The notes beneath the pieces were generated by a model. It was not told the origin of the DNA, did no database searches, and saw only the letters and a list, made by a program, of their open reading frames with translations. A stretch of DNA of 64,000 nt, from positions 130,723,725-130,787,724 of the forward strand of contig NC_068984.1 of the NCBI RefSeq assembly GCF_001194135.2, given 5' to 3'. Position numbers and translations under genes: made by a program. The DNA comes from Octopus bimaculoides (lineage: Eukaryota). Positions within the stretch are counted from its first letter, which is position 1. Each line of letters begins with the position of its first letter. Positions 12,148-25,427 of this stretch are shown in pieces.

Positions 12148-12637
12148 CAGTAGCAGCAGTGACAGGTTTAAGAAGCAAAAAAAAAAACGAGCTACAAGGA
12201 GAAAAGAGTGTTTTGTGAAGACGTGATGTTCATGAGTAGCAGTGACTGAATGTAATATAGTTAGAATGGTCGTGGTAGTAGTAGAGGTAGTGGTAGTAGT
12301 AGAGGCGGCGGCGGCGTTGGCGGTGGTGGGTGGTGGTTTTGTTAATACTAATTGCAGTACTGGTGATGATGATGATGATGATGATGATGATGACGACAGT
12401 AGTGCGGTGATGGTGGAGATGGAAGCAATGACGGTGATGATGGTGAAGATCGTTGTTCTTGTTGTGGTTGCTTAACAGCCCCATGCCATCCCTGACCGTG
12501 CAGGCTTATTATAAAAGACATTCCAGTTGTGATCATCACGTTTACCCCCATCCCCCTGAGGTGGTGTACTTGTTCTCGTTCTCCTTCTGTCTGTCTGTCT
12601 GTCTATCTCTCTCCCCCTCTGTCTGTCTGTCAGTCAG

Positions 12638-12686
<49 letters not shown>

Positions 12687-13344
12687 AATGAGTGTGATTT
12701 GAGGGAAATTTGGTTGTTGTTTCCAGCAGGTCTTGAGACCACGAAGAAGTTCCATCGCTGTCTCGAAGCAAAGATGATGTAGTTAGTTAAGATTCCAATA
12801 CACATTCACACAGTTCCAATTTAGCTCAAATCTCGAAATTCCACAATCACTGTAGATCAACACACACACACACACGCACACGCACACACAATTACAAAAG
12901 AATTTTGACAGTTGGAACTGTCAACATTCGCCGGCAGTGAATTACACATACGTACACACACACACACATACATACGTAAGTACTACACACACACACACAC
13001 ACGAGGACATACAAAGGATACATACACAAACATATGCACATATACACGCATACATAAGCATACACACGGACATACAAAGATACATACACAGACATTTACA
13101 TACATTCACATACAGACAGACAGACAGACAGACAGGCATACGATATATATTTTTTTCTTTAGAACAGTATCGCCAAAATTGCTACCAGCACCATCACTAC
13201 CACGCAAATGCAGTACCACTAACACTACCACAGTAACACCGATACAACTACAGTATTAATGTAGTAGTACCACTAACTAACAGTATCACAGCAATGCCGA
13301 TACTACTCCAACACTACACTAATACATATACCAGCAACAGAAGA

Positions 13345-13403
13345 CCTCAGAGTGGTTTCTCGATCTGCTAGAAATGACAGCAAAACCTTCCTCAATTCAC
13401 ACA

Positions 13404-13476
<73 letters not shown>

Positions 13477-13805
13477 GTCACTGTTGAGAATAAGGAAGTG
13501 AATACATAAGACGATGTAGTCTAAGTCAGAATTTAGCTTTAAAAAGATTTGATTGGAGACGGCTAGAATGTATTTGGAGATAGGTTTGTTCGATCAGGGT
13601 CAGTTTGGGGTTATCGATCTACTAGAAATGGCAGAAGAACCTTCCTCAATACACACACACACACACTACCGTCTGGAATAAGGAAAGGACACTAGACAAT
13701 GTAGTTAGTCCCCGTTAGCATTTAACATTAAAAGAGATGTGATTGATTGGTGACGGCTGGAATGAAAGGTCTATCCGATCAGGGTCAGCTCAGGGTTAAA
13801 CAACA
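13345..13805 (+). mobile_element. Two tandem copies of a further interspersed repeat (CTAGAAATRGCAG...GGGYTAAACAACAAC)
   Basis: Related copies near 18560, 22240, 27090 and 49050; SINE-like (CAA)n tail. Confidence 0.55.
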
Positions 13806-14444
13806 ACAGTATCATATTAGTACATCTAACAACACTGCTACCGACAACAACAGCACCAGCAACTACAACATCGCAATATTCTATTAATATATATATCCTT
13901 GTCAAAACATTACTATCATCACACTGACGCAATGTCATCGAGGGAGCTTTTTTCTACGTAGTCATTTATTTAATCTGCTCAATGTAACAAGAATCTTCAA
14001 CGAAATCTTTAAAAGAACTCCCTACTGTCTTTCATGAAAAGAGAATTTTAGAATTACATGCCTCACAATGTAGACAGAATGGCCACGGCTAAAACATTGA
14101 TCACTCGAATAATAGGATTTTGACGCCGAACTGACACACTAAACGAGCCTTACATGTATCAGACATGTAAGAAGACTCGTTCATTAGTTTTTGAACGGAA
14201 CGGCTGTATGTAATCTACGGATTTTCTTCAAAGCTGACCTAGGCTACTCTATAACAGGACAGACCCCCCCCCCCCCCAACAGCATATCACCGGCATCCCT
14301 TCCAACGCGACATAAGCACCACAATTCACCAACCCATTAAGCTACTATTATTACTATTATCGCCACACTCCATCACCACTCCCCAACACTCCCATGCCTT
14401 GAAAGATTTTGGGAAGGGAGAAATAAATATTAAGCCATTATTGT

Positions 14445-15070
14445 TATTATAGAGCGACGGAATAAATACTTTGCGGTATTTGTTCCGGCTCATTACGTTC
14501 TGAGTTCAATCCCGCCGAGATCAAATTTGCCTTTCATCCCTGCGGAGTCGATAAAAGTAATTACCCATTGGGGGTCGATAGTATAGACTAACCACACTCA
14601 AAATTGCTTGTCTTGTGCCAAAATTAGAAACCACTATTATTTATTATAGAGCGTCGGTATAAATGCCTTGCAGTATTTCTTCCGGTTCTTAACATTTTAA
14701 GTTCAACCCCCACCGAGGTCAACTTTACCTTTCACTCCCCCGAGGTCGATAAAATCAAGTACTGGAGTCGATGGTATCGATTGATCCCCTCCCCTCAAAA
14801 ATTACTAGCCACTGTGCCTAATTTAAAAACAATTATTATTATTATTATTATATTATTATAACATCATAAGCACAACGCGCATCAAAGCCGACATTGTTTA
14901 TTCTTATTATTTTTATAGAGGAAATGGGTGGTTGCAGTATTCATGCCTTTATCAAGAACATCAACGAAGTAGTAAAAGAAAGAAGAAAACAAAAAAGACA
15001 GAAAGAAAAAGGCTTGAATGAGATTCAAAATCTCGTCGCGTTTAATATTGATTTCTTTGAGGCAGAGGAC

Positions 15071-15102
<32 letters not shown>

Positions 15103-15822
15103 GAAGACGAGCTCATTCAAGACAACTGACTTCAAACTGGGAATCGAAGCCGACTAACAGATATTCTAGTTCATAAAAATAGTGAATTCCTACATAGAAA
15201 CGAGACAAGAAATTTTAGGAGTAAGGCTTCAGTTTTGGATCCAGTACTTATCGACCGCAAAGGGATAAAGATTCAAAATTTGACAAATTTGTAGCAAAGA
15301 GGGATTTAGCTACGAATCCTTTGAATTCATTAATTGCAGTTATTTTTATCGACTCAAGAGGGATATAGTTTGAATTCGGAACATTGTGAGGACATTATTA
15401 TTGTAAAATTTAGTTCGGTGCTGTACGTTTTTCTGCTATTCCACACCTCAGCAATAATAATCCTTTCCTACTACAGGCACAAGGTCCGAAATTTGTGGGG
15501 AGGGGGTTAGACGATTAAATCGATCCCAGGGCTCAAAAGGTACTTATTTTATCGACCCTGAAAGGATGAAGGGCAACGTCTACCTCGGCAGTCCAATAAT
15601 AGTAATAGTATTATATTTATTATATTTTATTTTAAAAAATTGATAATTATAATTGTTTCTGATTTAGACAGAAGGCCAGCAATTTAGAAAGGTCAGTCGA
15701 TACCATTGCCTCCAGTACTTGACTAGAACTTTGTTTTATCGACTCAAAAAGGATGAAAGGTAAAGTTGACCTCGTTGGGAATTGAACTGAGAAAATAAAC
15801 AACCGGGTCAATATCGCAAGGC

Positions 15823-15874
<52 letters not shown>

Positions 15875-16050
15875 CCTTTATATTAAAGGCACAAGGCCTG
15901 AAATTTGGGGGAGGGCGTAGTCGATTACATCAACACCAGTACTCCACTGGTACTTAATTTATCGACCCTGAAAAGATGAAAGGCAAAGTTGACTTCAGCA
16001 GGAATTGAACACAGCAAGTTAACTGTCGGAACAATGTCGCAAGGCTTAAT
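14445..16050. mobile_element. Cluster of about 6 Meta-type SINE copies (two on +, four on -)
   Basis: Repeated GGATGAAAGGCAAAGTCGACCTCGG core separated by (AAT)n tails. Confidence 0.7.
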
Positions 16051-16903
16051 AGTTGGTAACAACGATAATGTTCTGTAAACCTTATAAATTACAGTTTTAA
16101 TAAAGTTTAATTAGCGACGGTGTCGAGTCAAAAGCGTGAAGTCTAAATACGCCGAGAGCTTCTACAATATTGTCTGGCACCGATATATGAACTCACGACA
16201 CGAGAATTTAAGTGATATCTTCCAGTAATGTAAGCACATCTCTACTTGAGTCGTTGTAGATTTTAGGAGAGATTTGTAATGAATGATACATGGTTCTCAT
16301 ATCAGGACACTGGAACTCGCGCGCGTATGCACACACGCACGACAGATCGATAAAAAAAAAATTATAAACAAACATAAATATAATAAATGCATACTTCTCT
16401 CTATCTTACACACATACATACATATATACATACACACACATATATATACATACTTGAAGATTACCATATATATATATATATATATATATCAATCAGAGCT
16501 GTATATATTGTATTTATGTTTGTAAATTTTTAAAATCTGTGTGTGTGTGTACATATAATACACACAAATAAATGCATAATGTAAGGATGTTTATATATAC
16601 ACGTCACAGACAAGAATATATGCATACACATGTGTAATGTGAAGGTATTTATGTCATGTCACATATATTATATATATATGCGTGTCATGGAAGTGACAAG
16701 TTCAAAAGAACATTGTCAGGCCACTTAAGAGTGTGGAACCAAAAGCAGAATCTGAGATTCAAGATAGTTGCGTCGAACTCAAGGTTATGGATTAAAAATT
16801 TTAACCCACCCACAAACTTATGTGTGTTTGTATTGTACACATACACACACACACACACACACACGTGCGTGCGTGTGTGTGTGTGTGTGTGTGTGTCGTA
16901 GAC

Positions 16904-17183
16904 TAGGGGTTTTCAAACTGTGGTCCGCAAGAACAAGACAGGGGGTCCGTGGACAGCAAATACTTTTTATGGGCAATTTGATTTTATATATGTTTTTTTA
17001 ATCGAAATCTTTTAATTGACAATAAACCTATTTGTTAAATACTGTTAAATAAATAAATGTAAAAATATATGCTATTTTAAGCAAATATTTATGTATAAAT
17101 TTCATAAGCGTTTATAAGGGGGTCCCTAAGGTAAAGCCTGAAATATAAAGGGGTCCGCAAGTCAAAAAGTTTGAAAACCCCTG
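16904..17183. mobile_element. hAT (Charlie-like) MITE, 280 bp
   Basis: TIR (C/T)AGGGGTTTTCAAACT, 8-bp TSD TCGTAGAC. Confidence 0.9.
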
Positions 17184-17679
17184 TCGTAGACTGTATTACG
17201 TGATCAGTGATGTACGAGACGTAGATAATGTAGAGCTCAGATTATTGAGCACTGAAATATTTATACTGTTTCGAGATCGAGTACTTCATTCCACTTGTTT
17301 GCAAACTCAAAAACATGCATGAGCGAGTATGTGCGTGTGTGGCCAACGTCCAGATATGTAAAACAAGATATAATTAATTATATTATGAATATATGTATAG
17401 TATTTCTATTCATGGTGTGTGTGTAAACAAACATTAAAACAACACTCACTTATTTAAAAAGAAAAAGGGAAAACAAAAATTCATAACCATGAAACTGTTT
17501 TCGTTACACTTTTTTTTTTCTGTCGGAAATAGCTGTACAATGACAATTCTTTAATAACAAAATAATTATGTAATAATAAGGACGTTAAACCACAATTAAA
17601 TACCAACAACTTATACACCCCACCTATGGATAATTATATTAATTAGTGTGATACGGGGAAATGTGGGTTGCTGTTATGT

Positions 17680-19925
17680 GTCAGATAAGGTCAGTTGTAT
17701 TGCAAAGTTGATGGTTGTGTAACACGGTTTTAACGATTGGGGTCGTATGCTAGTTGTGCGTGAATGTAGTTTGTGTAGAAGGATTAATGGTTGTGTAATG
17801 GTATGTTGTTAGTTGTGAAGTGGTTGTGTGGTAGTGTTGTTGGACATAGTTGTATGTTAGTGAGTTGGTGGTCGTGTGAGTAGTTTGTGGTAATGTTGTT
17901 GTTGTTACTATTATCTAACCCCGAATCACTCATAACCATAACCATCTCGTCTTTTCTTAAATATATTTCGGATTACATTAGCCAACGTGTCCTTCCGATT
18001 TTAAAACGATAGGATGTGATTTGTGGGAAGGTTGGTTTCTACTTAAGCGATCCTGCAATGAGATCTTCATTCGTTCGTGTAGTAATGTTTGTGGTTATAG
18101 TTTGTATTCATGGTAGTATAGAAATGCTAGTGTTGGCGGTGGTAGTTGTGGGGTGGTTGTGGTGGTATACATGGTAGCATAATAAATGTTAGTGTTTGTG
18201 ACAGCAGTTGTGTGTGACAGTGTTGGTGCTTGCAGCGTTATATGAGGTAATAATGATGGTATTTGAAGCAGTGTTTGTGTGGTATTGTTAGTGATTAAGG
18301 TGGTATACATGGTAGTGTAGTTGTTAGTGCTTGCGGTAGAAGTTTTGCAGTAAGAGTTGGCGGTTATAGAAATAGCTGAGTGGATAGTGGTGTTGGATAT
18401 GGCTGTGTGGTCGTGAGGGCTGATAAAGAGCAGATCTATAATCAAAAGTGTTCCAAACGTTATCATCTTTCTTTTCACTGTGCATCTAAGAATACACTAC
18501 CCAATACGTTCTTCCTGTTTCAAGACGGTAGTACACGATCTGAAGGAAATTTGATGTTAATGTTGTTATCCTAACCTACAGTTAGATCCGATCGAGGAAA
18601 CCTATGATTATCAAATGCATTCCAGCCACAGCTATCGCCGTCTCTTGTTCAGGCATACTTTATACCTAGGTCTACATTATCAAACGCGTCCTTCTTTCCT
18701 GTGATCAGAGGGAAACTTCTCTGCTAATTCTAGCAAATCAAGCGACCACGGAGAAACCTCGCGCATAAGAAACCTAGTGTTGTTTATCGTAGTGTGATTG
18801 TTATACTGTAGTGGTATTAGTGGTTGTTGCAAAGTGGTTATATCTGCATTGTAGTGGTTTTGGTTAGTGGTTAGACTATAGTTATGATGTTGGTGGGTGC
18901 ATTGTATAGCTTAAGTGTTGAATTTTGTCAGTGGTGATGCAACGTAGTAGTAGTAGTAGTAGTAAAGATAGTGTTGTTGTGATAGCGGTAATGTTGTAGT
19001 GGTGACAACAGTAACAGCCAGTGCAGTAGTAATTGCGCTAGTACTGTTCTAGTGTTAATGATAGATGGCATTGATTGTAGTAGTAGTAGTAGTATGTAAG
19101 TGGTAGTGTCGGTTATAGTATTGTGAATAATGTTGTATTAGTCGTAGTATGGTGCAGTAGGTATGTAGCTGTGTTGGTTGTAGTATGAAGCTAGTTTGTT
19201 GTATTGCTCATAGAAAAGATATCAGTGGTGGTGGTGGTTGTGCTGGTAAGAAGAAGTAGTAGTAGTAGTAGTAGAGTGTCGATGGTTATGCTAGTAACAG
19301 TAGTAGTAGTAATAATAATATACTGGTGGTTAGTAATGATGGCGGTTGGTAGTGGTAGTATGTTGGTTGTAGTAGGTATTGGCGGTAGTGTTGACATGGT
19401 AGACAGTACGATGTCAATAGTAGTGTTTAAGTAATAATAATTGTAGTAGTAGTAATAGTAATAATAATATTAATAATAATAATAATAATAATGGATATAT
19501 TAATTATAGATATGTGCAAAAATTGTTGGTGATGTTGGAAGAGGCAGTAATTGTGTGGGAATTGTTGTTGTTGTTGTTGTTTGGCCGCGGGTTGCCTCTG
19601 AAAGAGTAGAACTATGATCAGAGGTACTTCAACCATGATTACCGTCTTTTAGGAGGATCATAAGAGTGTATTATTTATCTAATGTATGTCCTGTCCTAAC
19701 CTAATACAATAAGACAGCAGTAACGTGTGATATACATATGTAATTTGAAGGGTATTTGGTTGTTATTTCTAACAGGTCGAACGACCATATAGAGGATCTA
19801 TAATTGGCTCGTAGTTGTAGGTGGTATTGGAGTTGGTGTTGGTGGGTGTACTTGTAATATAATGCGGCGATAGTGATGCTGTTAATAATATTAGTGTTCA
19901 TGTTGGTGGTGGTGGTGGCTGTGTT
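17680..19925. repeat. G/T-rich degenerate trinucleotide low-complexity tract
   Basis: GTA/GTG/GTT runs, interrupted by a repeat near 18430-18770. Confidence 0.8.
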
Positions 19926-19941
19926 GGTGTGTTGGTAGGTG

Positions 19942-19972
<31 letters not shown>

Positions 19973-20008
19973 GTAATTATGGTCATAGCGATGGTGTTAG
20001 TTGCTTAC

Positions 20009-20134
20009 CTCTTCCAGGCCAGAGATCGTATTTTTGCAGAGAGGCATTCTTGAAACAAAGGTGGAGGTTGTCGGCGAATGGTAATCGTCCCACGTCTCCC
20101 GTAAAAATTCGGACACAGTTATATTTTCAGGCAT
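20009..20134 (-). CDS. ASAP1: ASAP-family ArfGAP (SH3, ankyrin, PH, BAR) first coding exon
   Basis: ATG at 20134. Translates MPENITVSEFLRETWDDYHSPTTSTFVSRMPLCKNTISGLEE, then a phase-0 GTAAGC donor. Resembles the N-terminus of ASAP2 (MPDQISVSEFVAETHEDYKAPTASSFTTRTAQCRNTVAAIEE, recalled). Paralog number is not assignable. Confidence 0.9.
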
Positions 20135-20746
20135 AATGTCGGATTGTGTTTTTCTATTCCTTTTTCTTTTTTTTTCCCCCTTTTTTTTTTAGTAAGCCGA
20201 AGAAAAAGAAAAGAGGGCGGTGTTCTTATTAACAGTTGCTTGAAGGGTTACTACTGCTGACAGTGCCGTTCTTCTTATAGTTATTACAAATGTTCAAATC
20301 GTTATTAATGTTGCTATTATTATTATAATTATTATTATTATTATTATTATTATTAATAGTAGTACTACAAGTAGTAAGTAATAAGGGTTGGTCTTGTGTT
20401 TATTGTTACTACTGGAGCTGTCCTTTCTCACAAGCACACTCTATAAAGACCCTTCTGTTTCTCGCGGCTGCTGCTGCTGCTACTATTACTTTTACACTGT
20501 TTCTCGATGTGGTAGCAGTAGTACCGCAACTACTACTTGTATTGCAGTAGCAGCAGCAGTGGGGACAGTGGTAGTAGTAGTAGTAGTAGTAGTAGTGGCA
20601 GCAGCAGTAGTATTCATAGTAGTAATAGTAGTAGTAGTAGTAGTTTCTCTTTTCGTCTGTCGCAGTTGTAATCTTATTCTTGGTTTGCTGCTCTTTCTCG
20701 ATATTTTATCATTTTATCTTATTTAAATGGCTCGGAATAATTAAAT

Positions 20747-20777
<31 letters not shown>

Positions 20778-20958
20778 ATACACACACACACATATATATA
20801 TATACATACATACATACTAATGTTTATATGCATAGTTTATATGTCTATTTATACATATATATATAAATGTAATATGTTTATAGATGTACACACTCACGCA
20901 CACACACACACACATGCAACAACACATACATGTGTGTGTGACAATATTTTATTGACTT

Positions 20959-21026
20959 GAGTTACTCGGTGACCTGGAGTTTCGTGCTCGTATTTTGGTA
21001 CGAAACTCTAGGTCACTGAGTAACTT
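20959..21026 (+). ncRNA. pre-miRNA-like hairpin (candidate)
   Basis: 29 contiguous pairs (25 Watson-Crick + 4 G:U) with a loop of about 8-10 nt. Confidence 0.4.
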
Positions 21027-21678
21027 CTCCACAATTCTCAACTCACAATTGCACACACACACACACACACACATACGCGCGCTCACACACACATACATTG
21101 TGTGTGTGCGCGCGTGTGTGTGTGCGTGTGTGTGTGCGTTTGTGTGAGTGTGTGTGAATGCTTTCATATATAAGATTGATTCATGAAACAAATTTAGACA
21201 AATAAAATTTAAAAATACAACAGAAACAAGAACAAGCAATAAAAAATAAAATTACAAACTCAAGTGAAGAAAAAAGAAAAACGAAATAACTTTCAAGCAA
21301 AAATCAATTGAAGGTTTATGTATTAAAATGCTATTATGTCGTGTATCTGGAATTTATTTTATTATTATTATTATTATTATTATTCTGGAAATCTTCCGTG
21401 GCTTTTTTTAAATTTTTTTTTTTTTTCTCTATTTTAAATGTCGAAATCTAATTTTTATTCGTTGATGGACCTACTTATTTACTTCATTCGTTTATTGATT
21501 TATTATCATTTATTATATCATTAATAATTTTTTTTTTCGTTATTAATATTATTACATTTATTACTGTGTGTTCCATAGGTTTTTTTAGTGACGTTAGAGA
21601 AAGCTTTGGTGGCTGTCGTAGTCTTTATTGTTTAGTTCGTTGTTGATGTGGTTGTTGTAGGGGTTGGAAATGTTAATC

Positions 21679-21710
<32 letters not shown>

Positions 21711-21719
21711 TGTCTGCTG

Positions 21720-21762
<43 letters not shown>

Positions 21763-21849
21763 ATTATGGAATGTTGGCAGCACTGACTGTCATGTCCTTA
21801 GTTCGTCTCTCTTTTGTCGTTAAACATAATATATTATGTATACACACGT

Positions 21850-21906
<57 letters not shown>

Positions 21907-22429
21907 AGAGATAAATATGTACACGCCCCCCCACACACATACACACAAACCACATGCTTTATACACACACATACACAAACACATATATATATGCATACAC
22001 AGAGAAATAATACAAACCACACGTTAGATAGATAGATAGATAGATAGATAGATACGGACACACATGCTCGCGCGCGCACACACACACACACACAACCCAC
22101 AGACCGTCTGCAGTGCTGCTTGCTTTGGTTAGACTACCACTATCACTACAACTATTACTATTTAGATAATTAGTACCAATACAACTACTACTGATTGATG
22201 TACTTGGTTGTTGTTGTTGTTATTGTTCAGAAAAAAACCTATAATCAAAGATCATTCCTGCCGTGACTATCCCGTCTTGTTAAATATCTGCGACGACATT
22301 ATCTAAAAATGCTCTTTCCTTTGGATAGACAAGTAGGATGTGATTTAAAGGAAATTTGGCTGCTATTTCTAGCATGTTAAAAGATTACATAAAGGCTCCC
22401 TCATTGGTTCGGGATCAACATTTTTCTTT

Positions 22430-22500
22430 TCTTTTACACACTCTCTCTCTCTCTCTTTAATTCTCTCTTTCTTTTTCTTTTACGATGCCACTTGACTATT

Positions 22501-22570
<70 letters not shown>

Positions 22571-22914
22571 TCTTTCTCAGGACAATTCTACGTTTCACCA
22601 CTACTATTCCTTTATTCCACTGCTACTGGCTCTGATATTGCCACAACCTCTTATTCTCTCTCTCTCTCTCTCTCTCTCCATTTTCTCCTTCTTTCTCTCC
22701 CTTTTCGTTTTCTTTCTCCGTTTTCTCTTCCACTTTACTCTATATTTCTTTCTCCTTCTCTTTTCTCTTTCTCCTCTGTTTTTCACTTTCTCTCACCCAT
22801 GAGTGTCCTCTTTCCCTCTCTCTTTTCTTTTAATACCTCTTTTTTTTCTCTCTCTCTCTCTTTCTCACTTCAATCTGCTTCATATCTCCCTCCCTCCCTC
22901 CCCTTACTAGCTGT

Positions 22915-22987
<73 letters not shown>

Positions 22988-23480
22988 TCGGCGCGCTTTA
23001 TCACTTCACTCCTACTTGTCGTTTGTGATTCCCCTCTCCTGCAATAATGACTTTGTTTATCTCTCTTCTTAATGGAAGCTAGGTATTTTCCGTTTCTTCG
23101 TCCACTTGACTTAACCTTTCTCCGTCTTTTCCCTATCACACCTTTTCAACTTGTCACAATTTTTTCACATGGCTTCCCCCACACCATCGCTTCTTACCAC
23201 CTATTTCCTCCTTTCGCTCTTCTTTCTCTCTTTCTCTCTATATTTCTTTCTTTCTTTTCTCCCCTCCCTCTCGCTCATAACCCCAACTTTATCCACCTGT
23301 CTTATCTTTCCTCCTTCTCGCTCTTTGAATACACCCCTTCCATTTCTGTCTCTGCCTATCACCCTCATATCACATCATGGCATTTTGCCTTTCCCTTTTC
23401 TCTCTTTCTTTCTTTCTCTCTCTCTATATATCTATCTATCTATCTATCTATCTATCTTCCACTCGCTTATTGACTAAGCC

Positions 23481-23511
<31 letters not shown>

Positions 23512-23620
23512 NNNNNNNNNNNNNNNNNNNNNNNNNNNNNNNNNNNNNNNNNNNNNNNNNNNNNNNNNNNNNNNNNNNNNNNNNNNNNNNNNNNNNNNNN
23601 NNNNNNNNNNNNNNNNNNNN

Positions 23621-23653
<33 letters not shown>

Positions 23654-23863
23654 ATCTTCTCTTTCTTCCTTATCACATCACCGTACATACTCTCTCTCTC
23701 TCCCTCTCTTTTTCTATATCTCCCTCTTTATCTCTTTTTGCTCCCTTATCACTTCCTACTCGCTTATCTTGGTCTTTCCCTCTCGCCATCTCCCTCCTTT
23801 ACCACCTCGTTTCCACCTGTCCCTCTATCTCTCACTTCACTTGCCTGTCTACCTTATCACATT

Positions 23864-23900
<37 letters not shown>

Positions 23901-24170
23901 ATCTCTATCTACCTATCTATATATCTCTTTCTCTCCTTCCTCCCCAGACATTTTGGCCTACGCTGCCATATTACTCCATTCCATTGTTCTTCTTGCTCTT
24001 CATTGCTTTTTTTTTTCTCCTTACAGTCAAGACGACCAGACGACACACATTATCTCAATTTCACACTCTCCTTATTTCGTTCTCCCTCTTTAATTCAACT
24101 CTTACCTCTACTTTCTCTGATATTTTTTCCTAACACTTTCTTTATCTTTCTCTTTCCTAGTCTACCCTGC
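22430..24170. repeat. CT-rich low-complexity and microsatellite tract
   Basis: (CT)n, (CA)n, (TATC)n with one N gap. Confidence 0.85.
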
Positions 24171-24303
24171 TTCCAGATCGTATATTCCCTGCCGCATCTC
24201 TCTACGAACACTGATTCTATTATTGTGAGTAATAATAATCATGATTATTAAATACATAGTAGCATCTGTTCGGTGGTCAGATTAAATGGCCACCGATCGG
24301 AAC

Positions 24304-24780
24304 TATTTCAAAATCTCACGTTCGATTCGCCAAAGATGTTCTCCTTCATCTTTTCTGTGTGTATTGACTGAGGTATCCCGTTGGAACTGGGACGCACAAA
24401 AGCCTTGTCGGCATATGCGGACGATGTCAACGTTAATAGCGTTTAGACAATATGGAAGTCGAAATTGTCGACATCGTTCTAAAAGAATACAAGGTGATCA
24501 CTGAAACAATAAACCTACTCTAACAAGTCGATGGACCTACCTACAGCTCGGTATCTGAAAACTGAAGTTCATACCGCAGGCCAGCGTCGCGGGGATACCG
24601 CACTGTCGACGGATTGGTTAAGCTGTTTTCGATCTGGTTTGACCCAGACCTCCAAATGGATAGAAAGTGGAATGACAAGGTTATGACCAGTTTCACTCAC
24701 AAATGGGCTGAGAGGAAGCTGTCTTTGAAAAGTCAGGCAGAGGTAACGGATGCGTAAATAGTTCAGTAGCGTAACTGATG
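24304..24780 (+). mobile_element. Tx1/L1-clade LINE reverse-transcriptase remnant
   Basis: FKISRSIRQRCSP, ALSAYADDV (YADD at 24414-24425), IWFDPDLQMDRKW, WAERKLSLKS, across frameshifts. Confidence 0.8.
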
Positions 24781-25292
24781 GGATGGCGCTTATATGGAAT
24801 AGGACTTTTATTGCATAAGCCCGTATAGGAGGCAGAGAAGGAAAATTCAAGGGCTGCTTCGGGCAGCACCCAGTCTAGCAAGCCACTGACCTGTAGATGG
24901 GGTGGGGGAAGAAAATTCAAGGGCTGCCTTGGGCGGCACCCAGTCTAGCAAGCCACTAACATAGTCTATGTCATATTTCATCACTTAACATCATGTCGAG
25001 CTCTAGGTCTCATTTACTAGATTGGAACATCAACTCTTTCGCTTGTTGCCCCCACGTAAGTTATAATCAAACACAGCACGAACAAAAGGTGTTCCGTCTG
25101 TGATCTTGTAATTTTATTTATTTACAGGCGCAAGCATGTCTGAGTTGTTAAGAAGCTTGCTTCTTAACCATGTGGTCTTCGATTCAGTGCCACTATGCGG
25201 CACCTTCATCAATTTTCTTCTATAGCCAACGCTGGGCCAACAATCAAAGCTTCACGCGTGGATTTGGTAGGCGGAAACTCTGTGAAATCTCG

Positions 25293-25323
<31 letters not shown>

Positions 25324-25390
25324 GAACCGTTAATCCCTACACAATTTTTTTTTCTCTCCATCTTTAATTTTCGTTCTCTCTCCATTTAAC

Positions 25391-25427
25391 ACTTCTGTCG
25401 AAGAGCGTAAGCTCGAAACATCAAAGT
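25391..25427 (+). ncRNA. Second, decayed copy of the CUGUYGA hammerhead-like motif
   Basis: ACTT-CTGTCGA-A-GAGC-GTAA-GCTC-GAAA-C-ATC-AAAGT. Confidence 0.45.

Noticed and set aside
12230-13259. Poly-His, poly-Val, poly-Thr and (ER)n/(HT)n ORFs, here and at 18-24, 37.8 and 52.7 kb
   Set aside because: Translations of microsatellites and low-complexity DNA, with no splice or homology support
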